From Rebecca billardiae RCC1528 (lineage: Eukaryota > Protista > Haptophyta), in NCBI GenBank assembly GCA_965240325.2, contig OZ251222.1:3348001-3412000 (forward strand): 64,000 nucleotides of DNA. The letters run 5' to 3'. The position numbers and the translations under genes were made by a program. Under the pieces are notes generated by a model. The model did not search any database, had not been told where the DNA came from, and saw nothing but the letters and a program-made list of their open reading frames with translations. How positions within the stretch are numbered: the stretch's first letter is position 1; each line of letters begins with the position of its first letter. Positions 1 to 10,781 of this stretch are shown piece after piece.

Positions 1-878
1 TGGACCGCGTCAATGACGACGCCAAGCAGCTCGATGTGCTGGCATGCGGGCACGATCTTGGTCGGCTTGGCCGACGGCGGCAGACCCGCGGCGCGCAGCG
101 TCGAGCAGTAGAGCTGGAATGCCCGATCGAGGTCCCCCCGGTGCGAGCTCCACCCGAAACCGTCATCGACAAAATTCTTGAGCTTGAAGCGCAGCTCCCC
201 CGACCAGCGCGCCACGAACGCGTGCCGCAGCAGATCTGAGAGCCGGCAAAACAGGAACGGCGCGGACGCGGCGCCGAAGGGGAGCGAGGTGTACACGTAG
301 TAGGCGCCCTCCCACCAAATGCAGAGCAGCCACAGATCCTCCGGGCGCACGGCGACGCGCGTGTATGCCGCGTCGATGTCCACCTTGAAGATCCAGGTGC
401 CGGGGGTCAGATCGGCCAGGAGCTCGTCCAGCGACTCAAAGGTGAACCGCGGCGCGCGGATGTCGGCGTTCACGCCCGAGGCCGTCATGTCCACGATGAG
501 GCGGAAGTCGTCCTCGTCCTTCGGTACGCAACCGAGCGGCGACACCGCCACTGGCCGCGGCAGGGGCCGGCCGCCGCGCGCCGGCCCCGCCAGCACGCCC
601 GATGACACATACTCGGCGAGCCGCGCGCGCACAAACTCGGGCTGCGCCAGCGAGGAACGGTGGTTGGGACGGAACCGCGACACGCGCGCGCCGCGGTAGA
701 GCAGATCGACGCCGTCACGCAGCTCCACGGACAGGTCAACGCCGGTGAAGGCATGGATGAAGGACGCCAGCGCCACGTAGTTGCGCTGCATGGCGTTGGG
801 CACGAGACTGTGTGCGAGGTCAGCGCGCAGGCCGGTGCGCGCGACCATCTCGGCGGAGGTGATGGGCGGGCGAGTCAT
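1..878 (-). CDS. Reverse transcriptase (partial; missed by the ORF track because it has no stop codon in the window)
   Basis: Manual translation: ...AVSPLGCVPKDEDDFRLIVDMT...FKVDIDAAYTRVAV...YVYTSLPFGAASAPFLF...KNFVDDGFG...KIVPACQHIELLGVVID. The frame is open from 944 to 1; first ATG at 878. Confidence 0.93.
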   Translation of the reverse strand, partial: MTRPPITSAEMVARTGLRADLAHSLVPNAMQRNYVALASFIHAFTGVDLSVELRDGVDLLYRGARVSRFRPNHRSSLAQPEFVRARLAEYVSSGVLAGPARGGRPLPRPVAVSPLGCVPKDEDDFRLIVDMTASGVNADIRAPRFTFESLDELLADLTPGTWIFKVDIDAAYTRVAVRPEDLWLLCIWWEGAYYVYTSLPFGAASAPFLFCRLSDLLRHAFVARWSGELRFKLKNFVDDGFGWSSHRGDLDRAFQLYCSTLRAAGLPPSAKPTKIVPACQHIELLGVVIDAV

Positions 879-944
879 AGCGAGCGGCGCGCCGCGGAAC
901 GCGGCGGGCACCGACAGGGGATCTCGTCGCGCGCCCACCGCCTC

Positions 945-3052
945 CTAGACGCGGCCCACGCCCGTGTGCTGCTGCACGTGCGCTGTCTCGGCGTGCGCGC
1001 CGGCCAAGTGGCCAAGGCTCCCGCACAGAGCGCACTTGGTGGCGTGCGCGAGCGTGAAGTTGTGCTGCATCTGCGCAGACGGTTGGCCGCCGGCCGACCG
1101 GTACGCGGCGAACAGCGGGCACGCCGCCGCGGAGCAGTCGCCGAATAGCTGGTGCCGTAGGCAGCCGTGCGCGCGGAAGACGCGGTGGTTGGCCTCCGAG
1201 AGCAGGGGCCGCCCGCTCGCGTCGCACACACCCCCGTACCGCGCCAGCTCGCGCGCCAGCGTCAGCGGCGGCACGCCCCCCGCAGAGGCGGCGCCCGGGA
1301 ACGGTTGCGGCAGCGTCCGCGGCGGCCCGCCTGGCGGCGGGGGCGGCGGGCCGGGAGGCGGCGCCTGCGGCCCCGGCGGGTACGGCGCCGGTGTGTACGG
1401 CGCCGGCCCGGGCGCCCAGGCCGAACCCGCCGGCGGCACGTACGTGAGCGCGAGCGGCGCGGGCCCGGGCTGCGCCCCCTGTACCGGCGGCGCCGGCGGG
1501 GCCGGCGCTGCCGCCTGCAGCCCCTGCGGGTACGGCGCCGGCGGGCACAGCGCCGGGCGGGGCGCCCAGGACGATCCTGCCGAGGGTGCGCACGTGAACG
1601 AGAGCGGCACGGGCCCGTGCGGCGCCACCTGCATCGGCGCCGACCACGACCAGCAGCCCCACTCCGCTGCGCCGGGCGCCGCCCCGCCAAAGCCGGGCGA
1701 CAGGTCCTGCACCATCAGCGACGGCGGCGGCGGCGGAATCGGCATGCTCCCACCGTAGACGCGCATCAGCGGGCGCATGGCAAACTTGTCATGGAAGGGG
1801 TTGTCGTTCTTGTAGCAGTCGAAGAACGGCTCCCGCCCGCCACCGATGCTCGCCACCAGCGCCGCCACGCCCGAGCGCGCGTCGAGCACCCGCCCGAGGC
1901 TCTCCGAGAATTCAGAGTGGAACTGTGCCGCCGCCCGCCAGTCGCGCGCCTCAGCGAGCTGCATCACGAAGCCCCTGTACTCGCGCAGCACCTCGGCGTC
2001 ACCCGCGCGCGTGCAGAAGCCCTCGGCCTGCTCGACGAGCAGTATGAAGTGGAGCTGGCTGAGGAGCTGGTAGGCCTCGCGCAGCTCGCCCTTCGTGTTG
2101 AAGTAGACGCTTCGATCGACCTGCGCGTGCGGCACCTCAGCCATGTTGAAGGACTCCCAGACGACCGAACCCGCCGCGTTCGCCGGCACGCCCAAGCCGC
2201 GCCGCATGGACGAAAACGCCCCGCGAGCCGGGAAGCTCGGCCTCCCCCCCCCGGTCCCACGGAGTTGGCCGCCCGCGCCGCCCGCGAGCGCGCAAGCGTT
2301 CGCGAACTCGTGCGCGGCCCCCGCAAGGAAGCCAGCCCCACCGAAGGGGACGGGATGCGGCACGAGCGAGCTGGGCGGGGCGAGGGGCGCCGCCGCGTCC
2401 GGCGCCGGCCGGACGCCCCAGGGCGGCGGCCGCGGCGGCGGGACAGAGGTGGGCCCCGTCGGTGCGCCGTCGGCGGGCGGCGCGCCCGAGTGGCCACCGA
2501 CCGCCCCATCACCCGCACCGTTGCCGTGGACGCCGCGAAGGAAGTCAGTGAGGCTGTTCGCGAGGTCGGGTGGTAGGCCAGTCGGAATGCCCGGCTGGCC
2601 AGCGGGCGCGGCCGGGGGGGCGGGTGCCTGCGGCTGCGCAGCAGCCGCCGTCGACGCGGCGCCGGCCGCTCGCCCGGGCGCGGGCGCGGGAGCAGCCCCC
2701 GCCGTCGTCCTGGCACCGGCCGCCGGCGCGGTCGCGGGCGGCGGCTGGACCGGCAGCGGGCCGAGCTGCTGCACCGGCGCGGCAGGCGGCAGGGTACTTG
2801 CTTGGCGGCCACCCGCGCGCCCACCCCGGCCCCGACCGCGGCCCCCGCCGCCGCGCCCACGAGCGCCGAGGACCTGCTGGTTGACGACGCGGCAGGCGGC
2901 AGGGTACTTGCTTGGCGGCCACCCGCGCGCCCACCCCGGCCCCGACCGCGGCCCCCGCCGCCGCGCCCACGAGCGCCGAGGACCTGCTGGTTGACGACGG
3001 CCGCTGCCGCCGCGCGGCGCCGCGACACGCGTTGGACTGCAGGCACCGCCAT
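945..3052 (-). CDS. Gag-like ORF1 with Pro/Ala-rich regions and C-terminal Cys/His knuckles; N-terminus frameshifted by a 110-bp duplication
   Basis: C-terminal CLRHQLFGDCSAAAC...H..KCALCGSLGHLAGAH. It lies immediately upstream of the RT. The ATG at 3052 (MAVPAVQRV) joins the main frame only if one 110-bp copy is removed. Confidence 0.7.
2778..2997. repeat. Perfect 110-bp tandem duplication
   Basis: 2778-2887 equals 2888-2997, with CG microhomology at the junction. Confidence 0.95.
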
Positions 3053-3523
3053 GTCGCCTGTCGGGACGGCGGGAGGCGGAGGAGCGCAGCTGGTTGTCCG
3101 TGCGGCTGCTCGGCGCCAAGCGTGGCCCGTCGGCTGGGTTTGGTAGTCGGGCGGCGGTCCGGTCGGCGGTCGGGCAGGGCGAGGTGCGCCGTGCGGTCGG
3201 GCGGGAAAGCGGACGGCTGCTGGGCGAAACTCGCAGAACTCGCTCCTGTTCGCCAAAGCCGGTCACTGCCCGTCAACTCCCGGCGCGCGCTCACTTTTCT
3301 GCGGTCCGCGCCAAAAGCGAGCTGCCACACGCTCGGAACGCTGTCCGGGGGCGCGCTGCGAGCTCCGAGCTCCGAGCCCGTCCGGGCGGGGGTGCGGTCG
3401 GAGGGGCGCTGGAGGAGGGTATCGGGCGGCGGCGAAGCGGCGCCGGCAGTCATAACGCGATAACCGCCGCAGACTGCCAAACCCGCCACTCCCGTCGCGT
3501 CGGCCATCGCCCCAAAACACTCA

Positions 3524-4545
3524 GGGTCGTTCTTCCGAGCCCCCCCACGCTTTTTCCCCAGCCCGAGCCCGAACATTGTTGTATGAGGACCTATTGCGAA
3601 CGCGGGGGCGTGGAGGCCTCCCCAGGATGACGAAACTTGGCCGGGACCAAGTGTTGTTGGAAATCCAAACAACACTTGGTCCCGGCCAAATTTCGTCACA
3701 TACTATCTCGTCCCGAAAGATCGCAGGACGGAAGCTTCTGTGACTTCCAACATCGGCCCACGAGAGGGTCGAGAGCATGCCGTGCGTGCGTGCGGCGGTC
3801 GGCGGAGACAAGTACGACCGGCGCGTTCGCGCGCGCGCTCGTATGCTCGGCGGCGGTGGTGTTGAGGCTGGCCAGTCACGTGTGACGCCTGGCTGCGCTC
3901 GCGTGCTTGAGCGCAGCTTGTGCGGCGCAAGCCTCCGTTGTGTGATCTGACGTGCGCAGAATGCACTCGTCGCGCCTTGCGCCCGGAGCGTTTGAATTCG
4001 TAGAAGATTTCGACTCAGCCACGATGCACACGGTCGTGCGTGTCTCCAGAAGACACTTACGAGCAGGGCTCGACCGTGGCATGCCCACCATCTCCTCATA
4101 TCATCTCGCTTAGCTGTCTGCGCACACGCGACCAGCTCCACCGTGCTCGGCTGTCGGCGCCCGCTTGCGCGGTCGGTCGGTGGGACACCTGGTTGCCTAC
4201 ATTGCACACACGAGCTTCTCTTTGCAGATCAAGTGTGCGTTGGCGCTCTGACTGCCGCCCCTCGCCGACATCATGCGCACGAGAAGGGCCTGCACGTGCA
4301 CGACAGGGACGCTAGGGTCGCGGGCTGCCCTCGCTGCTTCTCCTAGGCTCCCTTGGACGAGCAGGTGCCGATCCTCCCGCAATCTCAATAGCTACCGGCG
4401 CAACTCCAAAACGGAAAGGAAATGCTCGCAAGAACGCCCGCGGCCCCTCGTTTTGAGCCCGAACATTTTTGTAAGCCACCCTAGACAAATGCTTCAGGAC
4501 AGATACCCGTCTGGGCGAGCTTGCGGGGGCTCGGAAGAACGACCC
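3524..4545. mobile_element. Non-autonomous PIF/Harbinger-type element (1022 bp)
   Basis: 21-bp perfect TIR GGGTCGTTCTTCCGAGCCCCC (3524-3544 / 4525-4545). 3-bp TSD TCA (3521-3523 / 4546-4548) in a C-TCA-G target context. No transposase ORF. Confidence 0.85.
3628..3698. repeat. Long hairpin/palindrome inside the Harbinger-type element
   Basis: 31-bp arms TGACGAAA(C/T)TTGGCCGGGACCAAGTGTTGTT with one mismatch; 9-nt centre GGAAATCCA. Confidence 0.9.
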
Positions 4546-5329
4546 TCAGCCTCAGCAGTAAGGTCTGGCGTTTGCCACTGGCGACTGCACACGGCAACAG
4601 GGGCGTTTGCGCCCTGTTGTCGTGTGCACACTGGGGCGCAAAAGGGGTCACCCTCAGGGGGTTTCGCACTGCTGTTGCCGTGTGCACCGGCCCGCTGTGG
4701 CCGTGCACACGGCAACAGGGCGCAAACGGCCCTGTTGCCGTGTGCAGGCGTGCATGGCTTGCGATGGCAGCCAGCCGTCAGCAGGGCGCCACGCCCACTG
4801 TTCGTTGGTAGGCTGGCCCGATGGCGTCGCGGAGCTCACGCGTACGGGGGAGGAGGGCATCGACGAGGAGACGACCAAGGGCGAGAAGCAGCAGGGGGCA
4901 CGCAGCACGGGGCTCGGAGCATGCCGCGAGCACGCGTGCCTCCACACCGTCGCACATCAACCTTGCTCGTAGCTGTGCGCTGTGCTGCCACTCATCTCAC
5001 CATCGCCCATGCTACGGGCGCGGCCGGGTGGTGGGCATCTACCTGTCGGCGCAGCACTGGCACCGGTGGTCGCCAGACACTCCTCGACTTGCTCTGCGCG
5101 TCACAGCAAGGAGACGGCAGCGGCACAGCTGTGTGAGCTCACAGATGAAGTGCTCCTCTGCTTTGCGAGGCTGAGAGGCTGAGCACGCGTGGCGAGCGCT
5201 GGCATTCCCCCGCATTCATGAGACCAACAGGTACATAGCCGTGCCCAGGAGCGCAGGACCAACCGCCGGGTGCTGCTTCAAACACCTGCGCCCCACTCTG
5301 CCGGCAGAATGAGGGGCGCTCTACTCTAT

Positions 5330-6750
5330 GCTGCACGCGGCAGCAGCAGCTGGGCCGCTGGGATGGTCCTGCACGGATGACGGCGGTCGCCGCGGCTGAC
5401 AGCTTGGTGTCACTGGTTCGAAGGGCCTGGACGACGGACGCGCCGAGCGTGGTGACGCTGCTCGATGCGCCCACGGCACTGCCAAGCGCACTGGAGCCGC
5501 TGCCTCGAGCACTACTGTGCCCGCGCCCAGCTTGGGCAGCAGCAGCTGCGCTCAACTCCACGCCGCGTGCCGTGGCAGCAGCAGGGATGGAGCCACGGCG
5601 GCCGGCGGCGGTCGACGGAGCTGTCGGCTCGGCGGTGCACGCCCGAGGGGCCTGGGCGGTGGGCGCACCGAACGCGGTGCCGCTGCTCGCCTCGCCCATG
5701 GCGCTGGAGCCGCTGCCATCCGACGCTGCTGCGCCCGCGCCCAGCTTGGGCAGCAGCGGCTGCGCTCGACTCCCCGCCGAGTGCGGCGGCAGCAGCAGGG
5801 ATGGTGCTACGGTGGGCGACGACGGTCGCTAGAGCTGAAAGCTCGGCGGTGCGCGCCCGAGGGGCCTGGGCGGTGGGCGCACCATACGCGGTGCCGCTGC
5901 TCGCCTCGCCCATGGCGCTCGAGCCGCTTCCATCCGACGCTGCTGCGCACGCGCCCAGCTCGGGCAGCAGCGGCTGCGCTCGACTCCGCGCAGAGTGCGG
6001 CGGCAGCAGCAGGGATGGTGCTACGGTGGGCGACGACGGTCGGTAGAGCTGAAAGCTCGGCGGTGCGCGCCTGAGGGGCCTGGGCGGTGGGCGCACCGAA
6101 CGCGGTGCCGCTGCTCGCCTCGCCCATGGCGCTGGAGCCGCTGCCATCCGACGCTGCTGCGCCCGCGCCAAGCTTGGGCAGCAGCGGCTGCGCTCGACTC
6201 CGCGCAGAGTGCGGCGGCAGCAGCAGGGATGCGGCGGCGGTCGACGGAGCTGTCAGCTCGGTGGTGCACGCCCGAGGGGCGTAGGCGCTGGACGCACCGA
6301 ACGCGGTGCCGCTGCTCGCCTCGCCCATGGCGCTGGAGCCGCTGCCATCCGACGCTGCTGCGCCCGCGCCCAGCTTGGGCAGCAGCGGCTGCGCTCGACT
6401 CCGCGCCGCGTGGGGCGGCAGCAGCAGGGATGGTGCTACGGTGGGCGACGACGGTCGCTAGAGCTGAAAGCTCGGCGGTGTGCGCCTGAGGGGCCTGGGC
6501 GGTGGGTGCATTGAGCGCGCTGACGCCTCTCGCCTCGCCCGGCGCGCTCGAGCCGCTGCCATCCGATGCTGCCGCGCCCGCGCCCTGTCGCGCCGAGTGC
6601 GGCTGCAGCATCAGGGATGGCGCCACGGCGGGCGGGCGGCGGTGCATGCAGCTAGCAGCTCGGTGCTGCACGCGCGAGGGGCCTGGGCGGCAGACGCGCG
6701 CAATGCAGTGACGCTGATGCACGCGTCAGGCGCGCTGGCCAGCCCCCGGA
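5330..6750 (+). repeat. Tandem array of a ~214-bp unit, about 6 units (left arm of A1)
   Basis: GCCCATGGCGCT recurs at ~5694, 5908, 6122 and 6323; flanking units are degenerate. Confidence 0.9.
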
Positions 6751-7489
6751 GCTGTTGCTACGACACTTCTTCTGTCCTGCTGCGAGCCGAGCCGCCAGCA
6801 GGTTCAGTGGGGCGGGCAATGCCGGTCAGCTCATATTCATAAGGCCGGCGGCGCAGACCAGTCGTAGCCCGGCAGGTAGGCGATGCAGAAGTTATCAGCA
6901 GCATCATGCATCGTCATCAGCACTACATCAGCATCCGCCTATAGACGAGTCGTACGTATAGAACTAGCTGCTCTTTATTATCCGACTAGCCGTTCAGAGC
7001 GGTAGTATACTCCGACTATACGTCGATCGATGCATTAGCCAGCCCCGGGGCGGCGGCTGTCCGACACTCTGCCGTCATGTGCGTATATAAGTGACTCTTA
7101 CTCCACCTAGCGGTCTATCCGGATCGGTACCCTGGCGGCGGTGTTGTCGTCTGTCCGCCGAGTCACAGCCTGACTCGCGTAGCTAGTCACTTATCAGTGA
7201 TGTGATGGTCTCGTCGTCCGCGTCCGGACCGTGTCGACGACAAGTCGTGCCGTGGGCCTGGCGGCTCACAGTGTAAGTTAGTAGTAGCTAACTCATCATC
7301 AATGTAAGAGCATCAGTAGTGAGCAGCAGCAGTAGCAGCTCGACTGCTGGCGTCATCACGACCGTGCTACACTCCGGCCGGCGCGACACGGTCACGGTCA
7401 GCTGGTCAGCAGTATATATGATACTTACACCGGGACCGTAGTACTGTAGAGTAGAGTACGTATACGTAGTTTTAATAACGACGACCGGT

Positions 7490-9620
7490 CGTCGGCGCGC
7501 GTGCCAAGCAGCACTCAGCACCGCCCGACCACCGCCGCCGGCCTGGCCGTGGCACCTCCCTGCTGCTACCACCGCATGCGGCGCGAAGCCTCTGGAGCGC
7601 AGCTGCTGCCAGGCCTGCCAGCTGCAGCCGTGCAGCGGCGCCGGGGCGCGGGCGCAGCGGCATCGGATGGCAGAGGCTCGAGCGCGCTACGGAACGAGGC
7701 GAGCGGCTACACCGCGCTCGGTGCGTCCAGCGCCCACGCCTCTCGGGTGGGCGCTGCCAAGCTTTCAGCTGCTGCGGCCGCCCGCCGTGGCACCATCCCT
7801 GCTGCTGCTGCCGCACGCGGCGCGGAGTCGAGCGCTGCTGCTGCTGCCCTGGCCGGGCGCGGGCGCAGCAGCACCTGATGGCAGCGGCTCCAGCGCTATG
7901 GGCGAGGCGAGCAGCGGCACCGCGCTCGGTGCGTCCAGCGCCCACGCCCCTCGGGCGTGCACCGCAGAGCTGCCGGCTGCAGCAACCGCCGCCGCCCGCC
8001 GTGCCACCATCCCTGCTGCTGCTGCCGCACGCGGTGCGGAGTCGAGCGCAGCCGCTGCTGCCCAAGCTGGGCGCGGGCGCAGCAGCGTCGGATGGCAGCG
8101 GCTCCAGCGCCATGGGCGAGGCGAGCAGCGGCACCGCGTTCGGTGCGCCCAGCGCCCAGGCCCCTCGGGCGTGCGCTGCCGAGCTTTCAGCTCTAGCGAC
8201 CGCCGCCGCCCGCCGTGGCACCATCCCTGCTGCTGCCGCCGCACTCTGCACGGAGTCGAGCGCAGCTGCTGCTGCCCAAGCTGGGCGCAAGCGCAGCAGC
8301 GTCGGATGGCAGGGCTCCAGCGCGCTGCGGGAGGCGAGCGGCGATGGCGCGCTCAGCGCGTCTGCAGCCCAGGCCCCTCGGGCGTGCGCCGCCGAGCTGC
8401 CGGCTGCAGCAACCGCCGCCGCCCACAGTGGCACCATCCCTGCTGCTGCTGCCGCACGCGGCGCGGAGTCGAGCGCCGCTGCTGCTGCTGCCCCAGCTGG
8501 GCGGGCGCACCACCACCGGATGGCAGCGGCTCGAGCGCGCTGCGGGAGACGAGCGGCGATGGCGCGCTCAGCGCGTCTGCAGCCCAGGCCCCTCGGGCGT
8601 GCGCCGCCGAGCTGCCGGCTGCAGCAACCGCCGCCGCCCACAGTGGCACCATCCCTGCTGCTGCTGCCGCACGCGGCGCGGAGTCGAGCGCCGCTGCTGC
8701 TGCTGCCCCAGCTGGGCGTGGGCGCACCAGCACCGGATGGCAGCGGCTCGAGCGCCATGGGCGAGGCGAGCAGCGGCACCGCGCTCGGTGCGTCCAGCGC
8801 CCACGCCCCTCGGGCGCACACAGCCGAGCTTTCAGCTCCAGCAACCCACGCCGCCCGCCGTGGCACCATCCCTGCTGCTGCCGCCGCACTCGGCGCGGAG
8901 TCGAGCGCAGCCGCTGCTGCCCAAGCTTGGCGCGTGCGCAGCAGCGTCGGATGGCAGCGGCTCGAGCGCCATGGGCGAGGCGAGCAGCGGCACCGCGTTC
9001 GGTGCGCCCACCGCCCAGGCCCCTCGGGCGCGCACCGCCGAGCTTTCAGCTCTAGCGACCGTCGTCGCCCACCGTAGCACCATCCCTGCTGCTGCCGCCG
9101 CACTCTGCGCGGAGTCGAGCGCAGCCGCTGCTGCCCAAGCTGGGCGCGGGCGCAGCAGCGTCGGATGGCAGCGGCTCCAGCGCGCTGCGGGAGGCGAGCA
9201 GTGACACCGCGCTCGGTGCATCCAATGCCCGGGCCCCTCGGGCGCGCACCGCCGAGCTGACAGCTGCGCCGACCCACGCCGCCCGCCGTGGCACCATCCC
9301 TGCTGCTGCAGCCAATGCGGCGCGGAGTCAAGTGCAGCTGCAGCTGGGCCCCAGCTGGGTCGGGCACAGCAGCACCAGATGGCAGCGGCTCCAGCGCGCT
9401 GGGCAGTGCCATGGTCGTGTGGAGCAACGTCACCGCGCTCGGCGCGTCCATCGACGAGGCCCCTCGAGCGAGCGACACCGAGCTGTCATCTGCGGCGAAA
9501 GCCGTCATCCGCCGCGGGACCATTCCAGCAGCTGCTGCCGCATGCAGCGCAGACTCGAGCGTGGCTGCCGCTGGTGTTGGCGGCCCGGATGGGCGCGGGT
9601 GCAGCATCATCAGGTGCCCG
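7490..9620 (-). repeat. Inverted tandem array of the same ~214-bp unit, about 9 units (right arm of A1)
   Basis: GATGGCAG(C)GGCT recurs at ~212-217 bp spacing from ~7665 to ~9378. Confidence 0.9.
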
Positions 9621-10781
9621 CGACCCCATCGCGGCGGGCGCGATGGGCCAGGTCGCTGCGTTTGGCGCGCCATTGCCCAGGCCGTTCAAGCGAGCACCAC
9701 CGAGCTGTTAGTTGGAGCAACTGCTGCCGCCCGTCATGATACTGTACGTACTGCTGCTGCAGCATCAACAGCGCCGCTGTTACCAGCAGCGCTGCGCTCG
9801 TGTATCCGAAGCAGCACCGCATTGATGGTCCTGCGGTCTGAGTAGGGGAGTATGCCAGTAGCTCGCATGCACCTGGAGTGCAGTCCATGCCTGTACTGCC
9901 TCGCCGAGTACTACTAGAGTAGTAGGACCTCATGTGCTCACGCAGCTGAGCCGCTGCCGTCTCCTTGCTGTGACGCGCAGAGCAAGTCGAGGAGTGTCTG
10001 GCGACCACCGGTGCCAGTGCTCTGCCGACAGGTAGATGCCCACCACCCGGCCGCGCCCGTAGCATGGGCGATGGTGAGATGAGTGGCAGCACAGCGCACA
10101 GCTACGAGCAAGGTTGATGTGCGACGGTGTGGAGGCACGCGTGCTCGCGGCATGCTCCGAGCCCCGTGCTGCGTGCCCCCTGCTGCTTCTCGCCCTTGGT
10201 CGTCTCCTCGTCGATGCCCTCCTCCCCCGTACGCGTGAGCTCCGCGACGCCATCGGGCCAGCCTACCAACGAACAGTGGGCGTGGCGCCCTGCTGACGGC
10301 TGGCTGCCATCGCAAGCCATGCACGCCTGCACACGGCAACAGGGCCGTTTGCGCCCTGTTGCCGTGTGCACGGCCACAGCGGGCCGGTGCACACGGCAAC
10401 AGCAGTGCGAAACCCCCTGAGGGTGACCCCTTTTGTGGCCGAACCTGCCAAGGTCCATTTCCCGTAGTCGGCATCTGGCAACGTGCCCGCGAGCCATTTT
10501 TTTATTCCGCGACGCGCCATTTCGCCTATTTGGCACCTCGCAAGGTGCCGCTCCCGCGGCCTCCGGCCCGGACCGATCTTGACCTTGCTGCGCCCCAAAC
10601 AGGGCGCAAACGCCCCTGTTGCCGTGTGCAGTCGCCAGTGGCAAACGCCAAACCTGGCTGGCCTCAGCATGTGATGATGATCATGCGACATGCCCATTGC
10701 CCTGCCGGGCGACGCCGACGGTGCAGCCTGCAGGCCGCGCCTGCTCGTGAAACTCGGATTCGGAAGGGCCGCCGCCGGCGC

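Larger units (their letters stand above)
1..3520 (-). mobile_element. Tyrosine-recombinase (DIRS/Ngaro-like) retrotransposon, 5' part; continues beyond the left window edge
   Basis: Gag-like ORF followed by an RT ORF with DIRS-type motifs. The 5' boundary is not defined; it presumably lies between the gag start and the Harbinger element at 3524. RNase H and YR domains are outside the window. Confidence 0.75.
4556..10660. mobile_element. Large foldback DNA transposon, family A copy 1 (6105 bp; Galileo/P-like, non-autonomous)
   Basis: Ends CAGTAAGGTCTGGCGTTTGCC...GGCAAACGCCAAACCTGGCTG. About 585-bp TIRs (4556-~5139 / ~9936-10660). Inverted 214-bp arrays around an AT-rich centre. 7-bp TSD GCCTCAG (4549-4555 / 10661-10667). 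Confidence 0.92.

Noticed and set aside
5139-9845. Many long overlapping Ala/Arg-rich ORFs in the family A arrays (also 36004-41997)
   Set aside because: They arise from a GC-rich 214-bp repeat that is not a multiple of 3 and cycles through frames; no domains are recognisable.
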